Source: Elusimicrobiota bacterium (GTDB lineage: Bacteria > Elusimicrobiota > Elusimicrobia > UBA1565 > JACRDR01). From it: a stretch of 64,000 nucleotides of DNA. How positions within the stretch are numbered: position 1 is the first letter of the stretch; each line of letters begins with the position of its first letter. Location: the NCBI GenBank assembly GCA_041694815.1, contig JBGFSC010000035.1, forward strand, positions 1-64,000, written 5' to 3'. Positions 63,597 to 64,000 of the stretch are shown one piece after another. Position numbers and translations under genes: made by a program. The notes under the pieces are model-generated. The model saw nothing but the letters and a program-made list of their open reading frames with translations. It was not told the origin of the DNA and did no database searches.

Positions 63597-63710
63597 CGGC
63601 GGCCTGGCCACTAGCCAGCGGAGCCGCCGAAAAGGCGGTCTCTATCCGTCGTCAATAGAAAGCGGAGATTACGTCCAATTTCCTAAACATTTTTAGTATA
63701 ATGCGGCGCT

Positions 63711-64000
63711 ATGGCCGCTACCGTACCGGAAGCTTGCGCTAATCCAGCCGAGAACCACCAAAAGAAAAGGTCCAAAATCGTCGTGGTCATGCCCGCATAC
63801 AACGCGGCCAAGACGCTGGAGAGAACGGTCGTCGATATCCCTCGAGACACGGTCGACGAAATCATTGTCGTCGATGACGCCTCTAAGGACAACACCGTCG
63901 GCGTGGCCCGCAGGCTGGGGCTTACGACGATCATTCATGAAAAGAATCTTGGATACGGTGGAAACCAGAAGACCTGTTACCGCGAGGCTCTTCGCAAGGG
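63711..64000 (+). CDS. Glycosyltransferase family 2 (DPM-synthase-like); runs off the window edge
   Basis: Manual translation ...[14 protein letters not shown]...[12 protein letters not shown]...[21 protein letters not shown] lies 8 nt before the ATG. Confidence 0.93.
   Translation, partial: MAATVPEACANPAENHQKKRSKIVVVMPAYNAAKTLERTVVDIPRDTVDEIIVVDDASKDNTVGVARRLGLTTIIHEKNLGYGGNQKTCYREALRK

Overview
A high-GC, gene-dense chromosomal window from a diderm bacterium. The gene families and style suggest Elusimicrobiota, which is an inference only. 1-11 kb: housekeeping genes (lipA and the E1alpha/E1beta/E2 2-oxoacid dehydrogenase genes, Maf, CutA, ferritin-like protein, pyk, mtnA, yggU/yggS). 12-25 kb: a secreted S8 protease, a BrnTA toxin-antitoxin pair, and a co-directional run of Omp85, AsmA, TatT, TatP, DctQ, DctM, LOG, MarC and a TPR protein. 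25-33 kb: metF, rocD, an aldo/keto reductase, clpS, a receptor-like TPR Ser/Thr kinase, a patatin and a GH63-like hydrolase. 33-45 kb: one 3925-aa exported protein. 45-64 kb: tRNA-Ser(GCT), hicBA, a radical SAM-ArsM-like fusion with a DUF2064 partner, a two-component signalling cluster, a toxin-antitoxin-rich low-GC patch, an O-antigen ligase and the start of a GT2 gene. The best candidate for a new system is the giant protein, which reads as signal peptide, long helical region, outer-membrane beta-barrel, six tandem TolC/OEP-like half-repeats (a possible single-chain pseudo-trimeric TolC channel) and a C-terminal domain. Other notable signals are the rSAM-ArsM fusion with a CTG-start partner gene, a triple-TTAA promoter with identical geometry at three genes, a TAGG..TT.G.CC motif upstream of four exported-protein genes, two related long palindromes, widespread leaderless-type promoters and an internally deleted toxin pseudogene. 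All family assignments come from motif recognition by eye; no database searches were run.
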